NCBI GenBank assembly: GCA_035765535.1
Contig: DASTXE010000005.1
Location: 36,684-100,683, forward strand
Source of the DNA: Rickettsiales bacterium
GTDB lineage: Bacteria > Pseudomonadota > Alphaproteobacteria > Rickettsiales > JABCZZ01
Length of the DNA: 64,000 bases
Direction of reading: 5' to 3'
Both the position numbers and the translations under genes were made by a program. Numbering within the stretch: the stretch's first letter is position 1; the number at the start of each line of letters is the position of its first letter. Under the pieces are notes generated by a model that was not told the DNA's origin, ran no database searches, and was given only the letters and a program-made list of their open reading frames with translations. This document shows positions 16,722-26,674 of this stretch, piece by piece.

Positions 16722-17567
16722 TTATTGCATTTTGAGCGTTAGCGCGCAATTGATCCCTGTGCCGTTATTCTGGCTTGTCGAATATTGTAGCGATGTCGTA
16801 TCGAAGCATGTGGTTGAAGATGCCGTAGCTGCATTGGTGGCATACTTAATAGGGCTTGCGCCGCCTGCGCTGTACTGTGCTATGACATTACCGGATTTGG
16901 GTAGACCGTCGTCAATTTTCTTATCCACGTAATAAGCCTGATAGACCGACATGCCGAGACTGGAAGTATAGTTTCCACTCAGGCCGATCTGCACCGGTAC
17001 GGAAAGACCGAAATAATTGCCACTGTTAATACTGTAGGTATAGATATAATTGCCATTGCCGATTTTGGCCTTGGGTAGAAAAGCATCAAAGCTTGGGTTC
17101 GTGGTAGCGTTAATCGTGCCGTTGCCGGTGTCGATGGCCGTGTTAAAATTACCATCAATGTAATTGGCTGAAGACAGGTCTTCCCAAAAGAAGAGCGTTT
17201 CCCCTCCCTCATCCCATGAGTATGCGGGCTGCGAACAGCTGCTGAAGCAGGCTCCTTCCAGAACGCCATTTCCGTCTCCATGTCCCTGCGCGCCGCTTCT
17301 GCTGGTAAAGCCGAATTGCGATGCAAGCGATGCGTTTAGATCGCCGGGAATGCCCCCATATTGGCTTCTGAATGTATTGACGGCAGTATTGTAGCGTTCA
17401 AGCTGGGTCGCCTGTGCACGCATTGACGCATTGTTTATCAGTTCCGCCCCGGTCAATATTCCACCGACAATAAGACCAATGATGACCAGTACGATACTGA
17501 GTTCTATGAGGGTAAATCCGCCGTTGGCTTTGGGAAGGGCGGGAGAGGAGGAAACAGACGGTTGCAA
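16722..17567 (-). CDS. Type IV pilin-like / pseudopilin-like protein with prepilin-type N-terminal cleavage-methylation motif (281 aa)
   Basis: Leader ...KANGG followed by FTLIELSIVLVIIGLIVGGIL (class III signal, G|FTLIE). C-terminal Cys pair CFDTTSLQYSTSQNNGTGINC. TTG start at 17567 with AAGGA 7 nt upstream, only 11 nt after the fliI stop. Confidence 0.75.
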   Translation of the reverse strand: MQPSVSSSPALPKANGGFTLIELSIVLVIIGLIVGGILTGAELINNASMRAQATQLERYNTAVNTFRSQYGGIPGDLNASLASQFGFTSRSGAQGHGDGNGVLEGACFSSCSQPAYSWDEGGETLFFWEDLSSANYIDGNFNTAIDTGNGTINATTNPSFDAFLPKAKIGNGNYIYTYSINSGNYFGLSVPVQIGLSGNYTSSLGMSVYQAYYVDKKIDDGLPKSGNVIAQYSAGGASPIKYATNAATASSTTCFDTTSLQYSTSQNNGTGINCALTLKMQ

Positions 17568-17578
17568 TTTAGGGTCCT

Positions 17579-18913
17579 TTACTTCATGCCCAGGATACGC
17601 GCGAGTTCCGTATAACCGCGTTCGAGATCGCTTGGTTCATCCTTGCGCTGGCGTAGGAAGTTATCGATGGCAGGATATATTTGAATAGCTCTGTCCACTT
17701 CCGGGTCCGTGCCTTTGCGGTAAGCGCCAAGGCGGATCATTTCCGCCATGTTCTCGTACGTGGAAAGAATCTGACGTGCTGCCGTTACGAGCTTGTTTTC
17801 TTCCTCCGTATTGCAATCCGGCATGGTACGCGAAACGCTGCGCAAAATATTGATGGCGGGGAAGCGGCCGCGTTCGGCGATGGAGCGGTCGAGAATGATA
17901 TGACCGTCCAGAATGCCGCGCACGGCGTCGGCAATCGGTTCGTTATGATCGTCGCCATCCACCAGCACGCTGAACATGGCGGTGATGGAGCCTGAACCTA
18001 CGGCGCCCGGGCCTGCACGTTCCAGAATCATCGGCAGTTCGGAGAATACAGTTGGCGTATAACCCTTTGTGGTTGGCGGCTCACCGGCGGAAAGGCCTAT
18101 CTCGCGTTGCGCCATGGCAAAGCGTGTGACGGAGTCCATGATGCACAATACATTTTTGCCTTGATCGCGAAAATACTCCGCTACGGACAGGGTGAAATAA
18201 GAAGCCTGACGCCGCATCAGGGCGGAATCGCTGGAGGTGGCCACGACCACGACCGAGCGTTTCAGGCCTTCCTCGCCCAGATCGTCCTCGATGAATTCCT
18301 GTACTTCGCGGCCGCGCTCGCCGACGAGACCGATCACGTTGACATCGGCTTGCGAATAGCGTGCCAGCATGGACATAAGAATGGATTTCCCCACCCCCGA
18401 ACCTGCGAAGATGCCCATACGCTGGCCGCGGCAGCAGCTCAGGAAAGTGTTGATGGCGCGCACGCCGAGGTCGATCTTGCCGCGTACACGCTGGCGGGTG
18501 TGGGCGGGCGGCGGCTCGCCACGCAGTTTGTAGGGAGTTTTGCCCATCGGCAGTATGCCGCCGCTATCCATCGGTTCGCCCAGCGGATTGATGACGCGGC
18601 CGAGCCAGGAGTCGTCCGGAAAAATGGCGGATTCATAACCCAGAAATGTAACCTGCGCGCCGAGGCCGATGCCTTCCAGGCTGTTATAGGGCATCAGCAG
18701 CGCACGGTCTTCACGGAAGCCGATAACTTCGGCGATGACCTTCGGCAGCCTGCCGTTGATGGGAATGATGCCTTCAATCTGGCAGCGCGCGCCAACGCTC
18801 AGAATTTTCTCAATCCCACTGCATTCCACCAGCAATCCCTTCACGGACAACACTTTGCCGACAAGGTTATGCGTCGGCAGATGCGCTATCTCGGCAAGGA
18901 TATGTTCAAGCAT
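17579..18913 (-). CDS. fliI: Flagellum-specific export ATPase
   Basis: 444 aa. Walker A GSGVGKS and F1/T3SS ATPase-like core (IGLVGERGREV, VLCIMDSVTRFA). Confidence 0.93.
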   Translation of the reverse strand: MLEHILAEIAHLPTHNLVGKVLSVKGLLVECSGIEKILSVGARCQIEGIIPINGRLPKVIAEVIGFREDRALLMPYNSLEGIGLGAQVTFLGYESAIFPDDSWLGRVINPLGEPMDSGGILPMGKTPYKLRGEPPPAHTRQRVRGKIDLGVRAINTFLSCCRGQRMGIFAGSGVGKSILMSMLARYSQADVNVIGLVGERGREVQEFIEDDLGEEGLKRSVVVVATSSDSALMRRQASYFTLSVAEYFRDQGKNVLCIMDSVTRFAMAQREIGLSAGEPPTTKGYTPTVFSELPMILERAGPGAVGSGSITAMFSVLVDGDDHNEPIADAVRGILDGHIILDRSIAERGRFPAINILRSVSRTMPDCNTEEENKLVTAARQILSTYENMAEMIRLGAYRKGTDPEVDRAIQIYPAIDNFLRQRKDEPSDLERGYTELARILGMK

Positions 18914-18983
18914 GAGAAGGACCGTTATTTATTGCTTCAAAATATTTATATTGCCATTATAATCGCGCCGGGCTGATTAGTAT

Positions 18984-19598
18984 ATGAATTTAGTGTGCAA
19001 TTTATTTATGAATGAAACTGAAGTTTTTAAAGAATTTACGGACGCAGGCGCAATCCTGAAAGGGCATTTCATCCTTTCCTCCGGCCTGCATAGCGACACT
19101 TATCTCCAGTGCGCGCGCGTGCTGATGGACGGCAAGCGTGCTGACCGTTTATGCTCTGCACTTGCGGTCAAAATCCGCCAGCAGCTTACGGGCATCCAAT
19201 TCGACATGGTAGTCGCTCCGGCCATGGGCGGTGTGGTCGTCGGATATGAAATGGGACGGCAGTTGGGCATTCCTTCCATTTTCTGTGAACGCGAAAACGG
19301 TGCGTTTACGTTCCGCCGCGGTTTTGCCGTTGAGCCGGGCAGCAAAATCCTTGTGGTGGAAGATGTCGTGACAACCGCTAAATCTTCGCTGGAAACGATT
19401 GAGTGCATTCAGGCGCAGGGCGGTGTGGTCGTGGCCGAAGCTTCGTTGATCGACAGAGGGGAAGGGGCCAAGAACCTTCCGGTGCCGCTGGTTTCGCTAA
19501 TGAAGCTTTCCGTGCCTGTATATCAGCCGGACGCACTGCCTGCGCATCTGAAAGATGTTCCGGCGGTCAAGCCGGGAAGCCGCTTCCTTAAAAAATAG
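18984..19598 (+). CDS. pyrE: Orotate phosphoribosyltransferase
   Basis: PRPP-binding motif ILVVEDVVTTAKS and HFILSSGLHSDTYLQC. The start may be the downstream ATG at 19008 (MNETEVF). Confidence 0.88.
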   Translation: MNLVCNLFMNETEVFKEFTDAGAILKGHFILSSGLHSDTYLQCARVLMDGKRADRLCSALAVKIRQQLTGIQFDMVVAPAMGGVVVGYEMGRQLGIPSIFCERENGAFTFRRGFAVEPGSKILVVEDVVTTAKSSLETIECIQAQGGVVVAEASLIDRGEGAKNLPVPLVSLMKLSVPVYQPDALPAHLKDVPAVKPGSRFLKK

Positions 19599-19604
19599 GG
19601 ATGT

Positions 19605-20153
19605 ATGAGCAGTTTTAAGAAAGACTTTCTTGCCGGGCTTTATTACTACCGCAAGGAAGACATGCATGAATGCAAGCTCATCAATGCACGCATGAGCTGG
19701 ATGATCTACATGCAGACTCTGCTCATTACTTCCTATTTTATTATTGCGACGAATTCCGATCAGGTGTTCGTGCTTTATAACTCACTGCTGCTGTTTGCGA
19801 TCGCGGTGTATTTCGCACTTTCGCTCGGCAAGACAGTAAGAGCAGCGGAGAAGATGATCCTTGCATGGCATTATAAGGAAAAGCGTTTGTTCAAGAGCCT
19901 CGAAACCATAGAGGATCCTTTACTTAAGCAAGATCTGGAAAGCTTCTTCGTTGCCGATAAATACGGTGCGACCGATGAAGAGGATCTGAAGAATTCCAAC
20001 GCGTTTTCTTTGAACAAAACCGTTACGCCGGTGATTATTGTGTTCTGGTTCGGCCTATTGGTGTTTAGCTGCTTTAATTTTATCCACCATCAATCTCATG
20101 GTGCGGCGGATACAACAAGCAACGCATTGGAAAAGCAGTTGGACGGTCGCTAG
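19605..20153 (+). CDS. Hypothetical membrane protein (182 aa)
   Basis: Three hydrophobic segments (WMIYMQTLLITSYFIIA, LLLFAIAVYFALSL, PVIIVFWFGLLVFSCFNF). No recognised family. Confidence 0.45.
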   Translation: MSSFKKDFLAGLYYYRKEDMHECKLINARMSWMIYMQTLLITSYFIIATNSDQVFVLYNSLLLFAIAVYFALSLGKTVRAAEKMILAWHYKEKRLFKSLETIEDPLLKQDLESFFVADKYGATDEEDLKNSNAFSLNKTVTPVIIVFWFGLLVFSCFNFIHHQSHGAADTTSNALEKQLDGR

Positions 20154-20422
20154 CTTGCACGGATTAAGAAGGCATTCAATGTGCTATGGATTCGGTGTCT
20201 GTTCCCTTCGGTAACACCGTCAGGATCAATCAAACCGATATCATTCGTTTTACCCTCTTTCATAGCTGCCAGAAATTCGTTTACGATGACGATTTCCGCA
20301 GCATTGTCTTTATGCTTTCTCAATAAAGCCTGCGCGACTTCGTGTTCGGATGCTCCTGAAGCTCTCTGAACATGGGTGTAGTGCCCAAGGCAGTTCAGTA
20401 ATTCTCTTCTTGCGGATGCCAT
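20150..20422 (-). CDS. Hypothetical 90-aa protein
   Basis: ORF with AGGGG 7 nt upstream of the ATG. Its end overlaps the convergent neighbour by 4 nt. No recognised family. Confidence 0.4.
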   Translation of the reverse strand: MASARRELLNCLGHYTHVQRASGASEHEVAQALLRKHKDNAAEIVIVNEFLAAMKEGKTNDIGLIDPDGVTEGNRHRIHSTLNAFLIRAS

Positions 20423-20517
20423 ATATAGCCCCTATTGGCGGGTAATTAACTAATATTAGCATAAAATTGTTAACGTTTTATTACGGTATTGATTTAAATA
20501 GTTTTCCGGGAAAAACC

Positions 20518-21273
20518 CTATTCCGCCAGTACGGTACGGGCGATGGTCAGCACGTAAACATCGCGGACGCCAGCGTCATGCAGGGTGCGGGAACAGGCTT
20601 CCAGCGTTGCTCCGGTCGTCATAACATCATCCACCAGCAAGACAGATTTGCCCTTCAATATGCTGTTTTTCCCTTTTTTAATATGAAAGGCACCGCGCAT
20701 ATTGTCTTCGCGCTGCCTGCGGGAAAGCCCCGATTGTGGTGGTGTTTTGCGTGCCCGAAGCAGTGTGTCAGGCAGTACAGGAAGGCCTGTATGAGTGGAA
20801 ATTGCGTGCGCCAACAGCGCGGCCTGATTATAGCGACGGGAGATGAGGCGTGTATAATGCAGGGGAACAGGTATAATGGCGTGGGTTTTCGTGGCATAAT
20901 CCTGGGCAATGCGTGCAAGCCACGCGCCGAATACGGGGGCTAGCTGGGTTTTATCATGGTATTTCATTGCCAGAACCTGGCCGCGGCTGGCTTCGTTGTA
21001 GCGAAATACTGCGCGGGCCTGTGTATAGGCGGGTTTGCGTGTCATGCAGGGGCCGCAAAATGCCTGTTCACCAATATGATATTCAAAGGGAACCCCGCAT
21101 TTGCAGCACATCGGGTCCGTGATGAAGTGAATATTTTGCCAGCATGCGGAACAGAGTGAACCGTGCTGGCCGACCGTTTCCCGGCATGCAGGACAGCGCG
21201 CCGGAAACAGTGTGTCTACTACGGCACCCATGATAGGTTTTGCTTTTACGTAATATTGTTTTACTATCCGCAT
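20518..21273 (-). CDS. comF: ComF-family phosphoribosyltransferase-domain protein
   Basis: N-terminal Cys clusters (CPACRETV...CSACW, CCKCG...CGPC). C-terminal PRTase motif VLLVDDVMTTGATL. The start is possibly the internal Met (MGAVVDTLFP). Confidence 0.85.
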   Translation of the reverse strand: MRIVKQYYVKAKPIMGAVVDTLFPARCPACRETVGQHGSLCSACWQNIHFITDPMCCKCGVPFEYHIGEQAFCGPCMTRKPAYTQARAVFRYNEASRGQVLAMKYHDKTQLAPVFGAWLARIAQDYATKTHAIIPVPLHYTRLISRRYNQAALLAHAISTHTGLPVLPDTLLRARKTPPQSGLSRRQREDNMRGAFHIKKGKNSILKGKSVLLVDDVMTTGATLEACSRTLHDAGVRDVYVLTIARTVLAE

Positions 21274-21293
21274 CGGTAAATTCTAGGTGGGCA

Positions 21294-22136
21294 ATGGATA
21301 ATAGCAAGATTTTTAACCGCGCGCTTTTGCGCAAGCGCCGCAATCGTGCTGCAGGGGAATGGGAGCGTTTCAACTTTCTGAAACTGGAAGCGGCTCGCAG
21401 GCTTGCGGATTGCGTTGCCGATGTGGCAAGGGAGTTTCCGCTGGTGCTGGATCTGGGATGCCACCAAGGTGAACTGGCTTCGGTTCTGGGCGCCAGCAGT
21501 CATATTATCGGTGCGGATTTAGCCCAGGCTATGCAGCCGGATATTGTCTGCGATGAAGAACTATTACCGTTTGCATCCGATATATTCGACTTGGTTACAA
21601 GCGTTCTTTCCTTGCATCATGTGAACGATCTTCCCGGCAGCCTGATCCAGATACGCAATACTCTCAAAGCGGACGGGTTGTTTATTGCCATTGTGCCGGG
21701 GGCAAACACACTTATTGAGCTGCGGCATTCGGTAACCGGTGCTTCTGCCGAACACGGATTCCCGCTTTCGCCGAGGGTGGCGCCTTTCGTGGAAGTGCGC
21801 GATGCAGGGGCGCTTATGCAGCGAGCAGGATTCTCATTGCCTGTTATCGGCAGCGAGAGCATAGAAGTGCATTACGATACGCCGCTAAAACTCATGCAGG
21901 ACCTGCGTGGTATGGGGGAGAGCAATGTATTATGTGAGCAGCATCCCGGGTTTATGTCGCGCGCGCATATTGCTGCTATCTGCGATTATTATGTGCGTCA
22001 TTTCCCTTCGGATGAAGGTGGTGTAACTGCGACGTTTGAGTTGGTCACCATGACGGGGTGGAAGCCGCACCCGTCGCAGCAGCAGGCGGCCAAGCGTGGC
22101 AGCGGTAAGATTAACCTGAATCAGGCGCTCGGTTGA
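21294..22136 (+). CDS. Class I SAM-dependent methyltransferase
   Basis: Start placed at ATG 21294 (MDNSKIFNR). Motif I is VLDLGCHQGE. There is a SVLSLHHVNDLP segment. The comF-adjacent position is common in alphaproteobacteria. Confidence 0.7.
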   Translation: MDNSKIFNRALLRKRRNRAAGEWERFNFLKLEAARRLADCVADVAREFPLVLDLGCHQGELASVLGASSHIIGADLAQAMQPDIVCDEELLPFASDIFDLVTSVLSLHHVNDLPGSLIQIRNTLKADGLFIAIVPGANTLIELRHSVTGASAEHGFPLSPRVAPFVEVRDAGALMQRAGFSLPVIGSESIEVHYDTPLKLMQDLRGMGESNVLCEQHPGFMSRAHIAAICDYYVRHFPSDEGGVTATFELVTMTGWKPHPSQQQAAKRGSGKINLNQALG

Positions 22137-22702
22137 GCCGTGTATCTCAGGAAAACAATCTTCGTGTTTCCGTAGTGGCGTTCGTCAAAAACAGTGAAAT
22201 GCTCGGGCGGTTCCAGCGTTTCCTTATGCGCAAGCTCTGCAACAATCACAGCGTCCGGCTCAAGCCAGCCCTGCATATGCAGGCTTTTGAGCGATTTTGG
22301 TGCCAGACCGCTGTTGTAGGGCGGATCGAGAAAAGCGAGCGAGTGGGTTTTATAGGATTTGGGCAGGGAAGAGGAGTCGCTGCGGACGAAGCGCGCATTT
22401 TCTTCCTCACCGAGATGCTGCACATTGGTGCGGGCAAGCGAAAGCGAAGCCTGGGATTCGTCAACGAAGGTTACGTGGCTTGCGCCGCGCGAGAGCGCTT
22501 CCAGCCCGAGTGCACCGGTTCCGCAGAAAAGGTCGAGTACGGGCTTGCCGATCAGCGGTGAATGGCCGCTTGCGCCGAACTGCCCATGCATGAGTATGTT
22601 GAAAATAGCACCGCGCGCCTTGCTTCCGGTCGGGCGTATCTTTGCATTTTCCTTGATTTCAATTCTCTTACCACGATATTTCCCAGCGATAATTTTAAGC
22701 AT
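22121..22702 (-). CDS. rsmD: 16S rRNA (guanine966-N2)-methyltransferase
   Basis: 193 aa, with IRPTGSKARGAIFNIL, DLFCGTGALGLEALSRGA and FLDPPY. Confidence 0.85.
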   Translation of the reverse strand: MLKIIAGKYRGKRIEIKENAKIRPTGSKARGAIFNILMHGQFGASGHSPLIGKPVLDLFCGTGALGLEALSRGASHVTFVDESQASLSLARTNVQHLGEEENARFVRSDSSSLPKSYKTHSLAFLDPPYNSGLAPKSLKSLHMQGWLEPDAVIVAELAHKETLEPPEHFTVFDERHYGNTKIVFLRYTAQPSA

Positions 22703-22777
22703 TATAAATCCATGATTTAGGTCAGAGTATCTCTCACATTATCAGCAAAAAATTAATAATCCAGCCCCTCATTCCTG

Positions 22778-22805
22778 TTGACTGGAGGGAAATAATTGGT
22801 ACATT
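22778..22805 (+). promoter_or_regulatory. Candidate sigma-70-type promoter of rho (TTGACT-16 nt-TACATT), followed by a ~125-nt leader
   Basis: TTGACT at 22778-22783 and TACATT at 22800-22805. The leader has a C-rich stretch (GTTAGTTCCCCCCTCCCTG). Assigned from sequence match only. Confidence 0.35.
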
Positions 22806-22931
22806 AATAGCAGTCTGGCCGTTCGGTCAGGAAACTTAAGGTGCACCTGGTGGTGCTTTCAAGAAATCCCAGCAGTATCAGTTAGTTCCCCCCTCCCTGT
22901 ATTTCAGTATTATATTTAAGAGATTTTCCCT

Positions 22932-24188
22932 ATGCGTTTACAAGAATTAAAGCGTAAATCGCCCGACGAGTTACTTACGCTTGCCGAAGAATATCAGATC
23001 GAGAATGCCGGCTCGATGCTCAAACAGGACATTATTTTCGCGATCCTGAAAAAAGTTGCCGAAAACACTCCGATCATTGGCGAAGGTGTGATTGAGCTGC
23101 TGCAGGACGGATTCGGCTTCCTGCGCTCTCCCGAAGCCAATTATCTTGCAGGCCCTGACGATATTTATGTTTCACCGAGCCAGGTGCGCCGCTTCGGCCT
23201 GCGCACAGGCGATACGGTGGAAGGCGAAATCCGTGCCCCCAAAGACGGCGAGCGTTATTTTGCCCTGCTGAAAGTCAACAGCATCAACTTCGATCCGCCG
23301 GATTCCATCAAGCACAAAATTAACTTCGACAACCTTACCCCGCTCTATCCGGATAAAAAACTCCAGATGGAGAATGAAAAGGCTTCCAATAAAAATGATC
23401 TCAGCACCCGTGTGATCGACATCGTTGCCCCGCTCGGCAAAGGCCAGCGCGGATTGATCGTGGCGCCGCCGCGTACGGGTAAAACCGTTATTCTCCAGAA
23501 TATCGCACACTCTATCACGGCAAACCATCCGGAATGTTTCCTGATCGTGCTGCTGATTGATGAGCGTCCTGAAGAAGTGACGGACATGCAGCGCACAGTA
23601 AAAGGTGAAGTGGTCAGTTCCACGTTCGATGAACCGGCTTCACGCCATGTCCAGTTGGCTGAAATGGTGATCGAGAAGGCGAAGCGTCTTGTGGAGCATA
23701 AGAAAGACGTGGTCATTCTGCTCGACTCCATTACGCGTCTGGCCCGTGCTTATAACACCGTGATTCCTTCTTCCGGTAAGGTTCTGACCGGCGGTGTGGA
23801 TGCCAATGCGCTGCAGCGCCCGAAGCGTTTCTTCGGTGCGGCACGTAACATCGAACAGGGTGGCTCGCTCACGATTATTGCGACGGCGCTGATCGAAACC
23901 GGTTCGCGCATGGACGAAGTGATCTTTGAAGAATTCAAGGGTACGGGTAACTCCGAACTTATCCTTGACCGTAAGCTCGCCGACAAGCGTACATTCCCGG
24001 CGATCGACATCACCAAGTCCGGCACACGTAAGGAAGACCTGCTTTACGATAAGGGCATGCTTACGAAAGTATGGGTGCTGCGTCGTATCCTTAACCCGAT
24101 GGGCGTTATGGACGGCATGGAGTTCCTGCTGGATAAGCTTAAAGACGCCAAGACGAATGACGATTTCTTTGAGCGTATGAATAAATAA
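22932..24188 (+). CDS. rho: Transcription termination factor Rho
   Basis: 418 aa. N-terminal [24 protein letters not shown]-binding domain GFGFLR, and Walker A PPRTGKT. Confidence 0.96.
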   Translation: MRLQELKRKSPDELLTLAEEYQIENAGSMLKQDIIFAILKKVAENTPIIGEGVIELLQDGFGFLRSPEANYLAGPDDIYVSPSQVRRFGLRTGDTVEGEIRAPKDGERYFALLKVNSINFDPPDSIKHKINFDNLTPLYPDKKLQMENEKASNKNDLSTRVIDIVAPLGKGQRGLIVAPPRTGKTVILQNIAHSITANHPECFLIVLLIDERPEEVTDMQRTVKGEVVSSTFDEPASRHVQLAEMVIEKAKRLVEHKKDVVILLDSITRLARAYNTVIPSSGKVLTGGVDANALQRPKRFFGAARNIEQGGSLTIIATALIETGSRMDEVIFEEFKGTGNSELILDRKLADKRTFPAIDITKSGTRKEDLLYDKGMLTKVWVLRRILNPMGVMDGMEFLLDKLKDAKTNDDFFERMNK

Positions 24189-24206
24189 GAATCGAACAAC
24201 GGTTTT

Positions 24207-24233
24207 AACAGGGGCTTCGGCCCCTGTTTTTTT
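24207..24233 (+). terminator. Intrinsic terminator after rho
   Basis: AACAGGGGC-TTCG-GCCCCTGTT hairpin followed by a T-run. Confidence 0.75.
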
Positions 24234-24241
24234 GTGCCGCT

Positions 24242-26674
24242 TTATGGAGTCAGTTTATCGCTCTTGCCTTGCTTGCGGGTGTCCGCGAGGAAGGTTTTGA
24301 TGGTTTTGATATCCTGGTCGATATTGGGCAGGTTGTCGTAATCGGTCGAGCCTGATTCGCTCGTGATAAAGAGGAAGCTTTGCCTGTCCGGATTGTCTTT
24401 CAGCAGGGGTGTAAAATAATCGCGCAGATATTGTATCTGTCCGGCATCATGCTCATAGACGTAAGCCGTAGCCAGTTTCAGTAGCACTCCTGATTCTTCA
24501 ATATTGAGAGGTGCACCGGGATCGTTACGGTTGCTGAGGATTTCCTCGGCCGTCAGTGTTACGTTGGGCCAGTCCTTATTGTTCCAGTAGATGCTCAGGC
24601 GCAGCATGCTGCCTTCGGGACTGTTGTCGCTGTTCAATACTTCAATAGCCTTATCCGAGTGGCCCTCTGCCGCGAGTGCTTTTGCCGTCAGGCGAATGCG
24701 CTGTAGCTGGACATCCGCTGGAAGATCGCCGTAACCAGTGTTTTTCAGGGTATCGAGCGCTTTGTCCGGCTGGTGATTCTTCAGGTAAATCTCGGCGAGC
24801 CTTGCGCCCACACGGCTGCGTTCGCTGCCCTGAAGACGGTTCTGCACCTGCTGGTTCAGAAGTTCGGCGGCTCTTTCCAGCAGGTCAATCTTCACCAGGC
24901 GCTCCGACAGATTACGTATCATCATATCGCCGTCGCGTCCGCTCGGAACGAGATCCCTGAACTCATAAAAGAGCGCAAGCGCATCCAGCGCCAGCATGCT
25001 GTCTGCGCCGTTCTTATTATAGAGATAAACGAAAATGGATTCCATTTTGGCCGCTACATTAATTGTGCCTGCTGATTCCGGGAAGTAGCGGACGATTTCG
25101 CGGAATGTGTGCAGTGCATCGCTATAACGTTTCTGTTCAAGATAAAGGTTGCCTAGCAATGTTAGGATATTGAGTTCCAGGCTGTCGCCACGCCAGACGA
25201 ATAAAAGCTTTTCCAGCTGAGTGATGGCCTTGTCCGTTGTAATTCTGTCCTCACGCACGAGCATGTTCGTCAGGGAGAAGGAAGCGCTTGCGCGTATCAA
25301 CGGATCGTCCAGGTAGCTTGACTGTTTTTCCCAGATACGCTGCGCCTCATCTTCATTACCGGTTTCGGAATAGATTTTGCCGCGCAAATATTCGATATAA
25401 CGCTGTATAGGTTCGTCCAGATTGCTCTTTACAATAATATTGAATGTGTTGAGAGCGGTATCGAAATCCTTTCGGTTAATGCTGGCATTCGCGGAGATGA
25501 TGGCCAGTTTCTGGATGAAAGAAGGGGGGTATTTGCTGATATAGCGTTCGTAATTGCCCGGAAAATCAAACACCGAGGAAGAATCGCCCAGTTCCTGATG
25601 GCAAAGAGTCCGCCACATTGCAGCCTCTTTATCGTCCGCCAGTTCGGGGGAGGCAAAATCGCGTTCAGCCCTCTCCAGATGGTGCAAGAAGAAATGCGCT
25701 GCACCGCGCATTGCCGCGACGTTGTTTGTGCGGTAGAATTGATAGCTGCTGCGCAATATGTCATTAGACATGCCCAGCGCTTCCGCGAATAGTCCCTGGC
25801 CGAGATAAATCTCCAGCAGTTTAAGGCGGGCCTTGTTGGAGGAATCCATATCGCCGTAAGCAATTTCATGGAACAGCTTCATCTCTGTTGCGACAAAGTT
25901 CTTATTGTCGCTGAGTTTCCAGCGCTGGTAGGGGAAGAGTGTTTTTGCTTTGCCTTCGGGTTCTTTTTCCGGCAGGTCGCTCAGCTGCTCGACGATAGAG
26001 GGCGAGAATTTCAATCCTAAAGGAGCGGAAACTTTTACCACTTCCTTGTTTGTGTCGACCGTTACCGCATCCAGTTTTTTCTGTACTACTACACCCTGAA
26101 CGGTCTGCAGCAGGTTAAATTCTGCAAAGGAGCGTGTAGGGTAGGTGCCGCTGCCGATTTCGCTGGTGGGCACTACCAGGAAGTCGCTGCCGGTCATCGG
26201 TTCATTCACTGTGATGGGCGCGCGTATATTCTTCAGGATAATAGCCAGTGAGGATTGTTTATCCGTTCCGGTGCTGATGTAAGGAGTCAGGATGGATGAA
26301 GGCTTATGAATGCCCTGGTGCAGGAGAATGTTGATAGCGGTCTCAGAAGGTTTTTCGACCGTGGCGGAATAGTCACCACTCAACTGAAATGTGAATATCT
26401 CTGCCTGTGTTGAGGGGATCTGGGCGATATGGGTTACGGAGCGCAGATTATTCTTTTTCAATGCGTCCAGCGTGATATGTGCTGAGTTTTCTGCCACAAG
26501 CCACATCGTCTGTTCGTAAATGAAGACAGCGAAGGGGTCGTCCTGCAGTGGCACTTCGATGGTTTCCGTATCGGCAGGGTGCTCCTGTTGCTGCGCATAT
26601 GCCATATCCGGCATATTACACAGGCAAAGAAGAAGGGCCGTCAGGACGGATAGAATTCTGGTCAGCATAAACAT
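24242..26674 (-). CDS. Large secreted TPR-repeat-like protein (810 aa)
   Basis: Signal peptide (LLCLCNMPDMAYA). The C-terminal two thirds form a helical-repeat region with TPR-like periodicity (e.g. LGNLYLEQKRYSDALHTFREIVRYFP, ARLAEIYLKNHQPDKALDTL). Function unknown. Confidence 0.6.
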   Translation of the reverse strand: MFMLTRILSVLTALLLCLCNMPDMAYAQQQEHPADTETIEVPLQDDPFAVFIYEQTMWLVAENSAHITLDALKKNNLRSVTHIAQIPSTQAEIFTFQLSGDYSATVEKPSETAINILLHQGIHKPSSILTPYISTGTDKQSSLAIILKNIRAPITVNEPMTGSDFLVVPTSEIGSGTYPTRSFAEFNLLQTVQGVVVQKKLDAVTVDTNKEVVKVSAPLGLKFSPSIVEQLSDLPEKEPEGKAKTLFPYQRWKLSDNKNFVATEMKLFHEIAYGDMDSSNKARLKLLEIYLGQGLFAEALGMSNDILRSSYQFYRTNNVAAMRGAAHFFLHHLERAERDFASPELADDKEAAMWRTLCHQELGDSSSVFDFPGNYERYISKYPPSFIQKLAIISANASINRKDFDTALNTFNIIVKSNLDEPIQRYIEYLRGKIYSETGNEDEAQRIWEKQSSYLDDPLIRASASFSLTNMLVREDRITTDKAITQLEKLLFVWRGDSLELNILTLLGNLYLEQKRYSDALHTFREIVRYFPESAGTINVAAKMESIFVYLYNKNGADSMLALDALALFYEFRDLVPSGRDGDMMIRNLSERLVKIDLLERAAELLNQQVQNRLQGSERSRVGARLAEIYLKNHQPDKALDTLKNTGYGDLPADVQLQRIRLTAKALAAEGHSDKAIEVLNSDNSPEGSMLRLSIYWNNKDWPNVTLTAEEILSNRNDPGAPLNIEESGVLLKLATAYVYEHDAGQIQYLRDYFTPLLKDNPDRQSFLFITSESGSTDYDNLPNIDQDIKTIKTFLADTRKQGKSDKLTP

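Noticed and set aside
18107-18976. 289-aa plus-strand ORF
   Set aside because: Antisense to fliI, which has clear Walker motifs. The sequence is Ala/His/Arg/Gly-rich shadow ORF composition.
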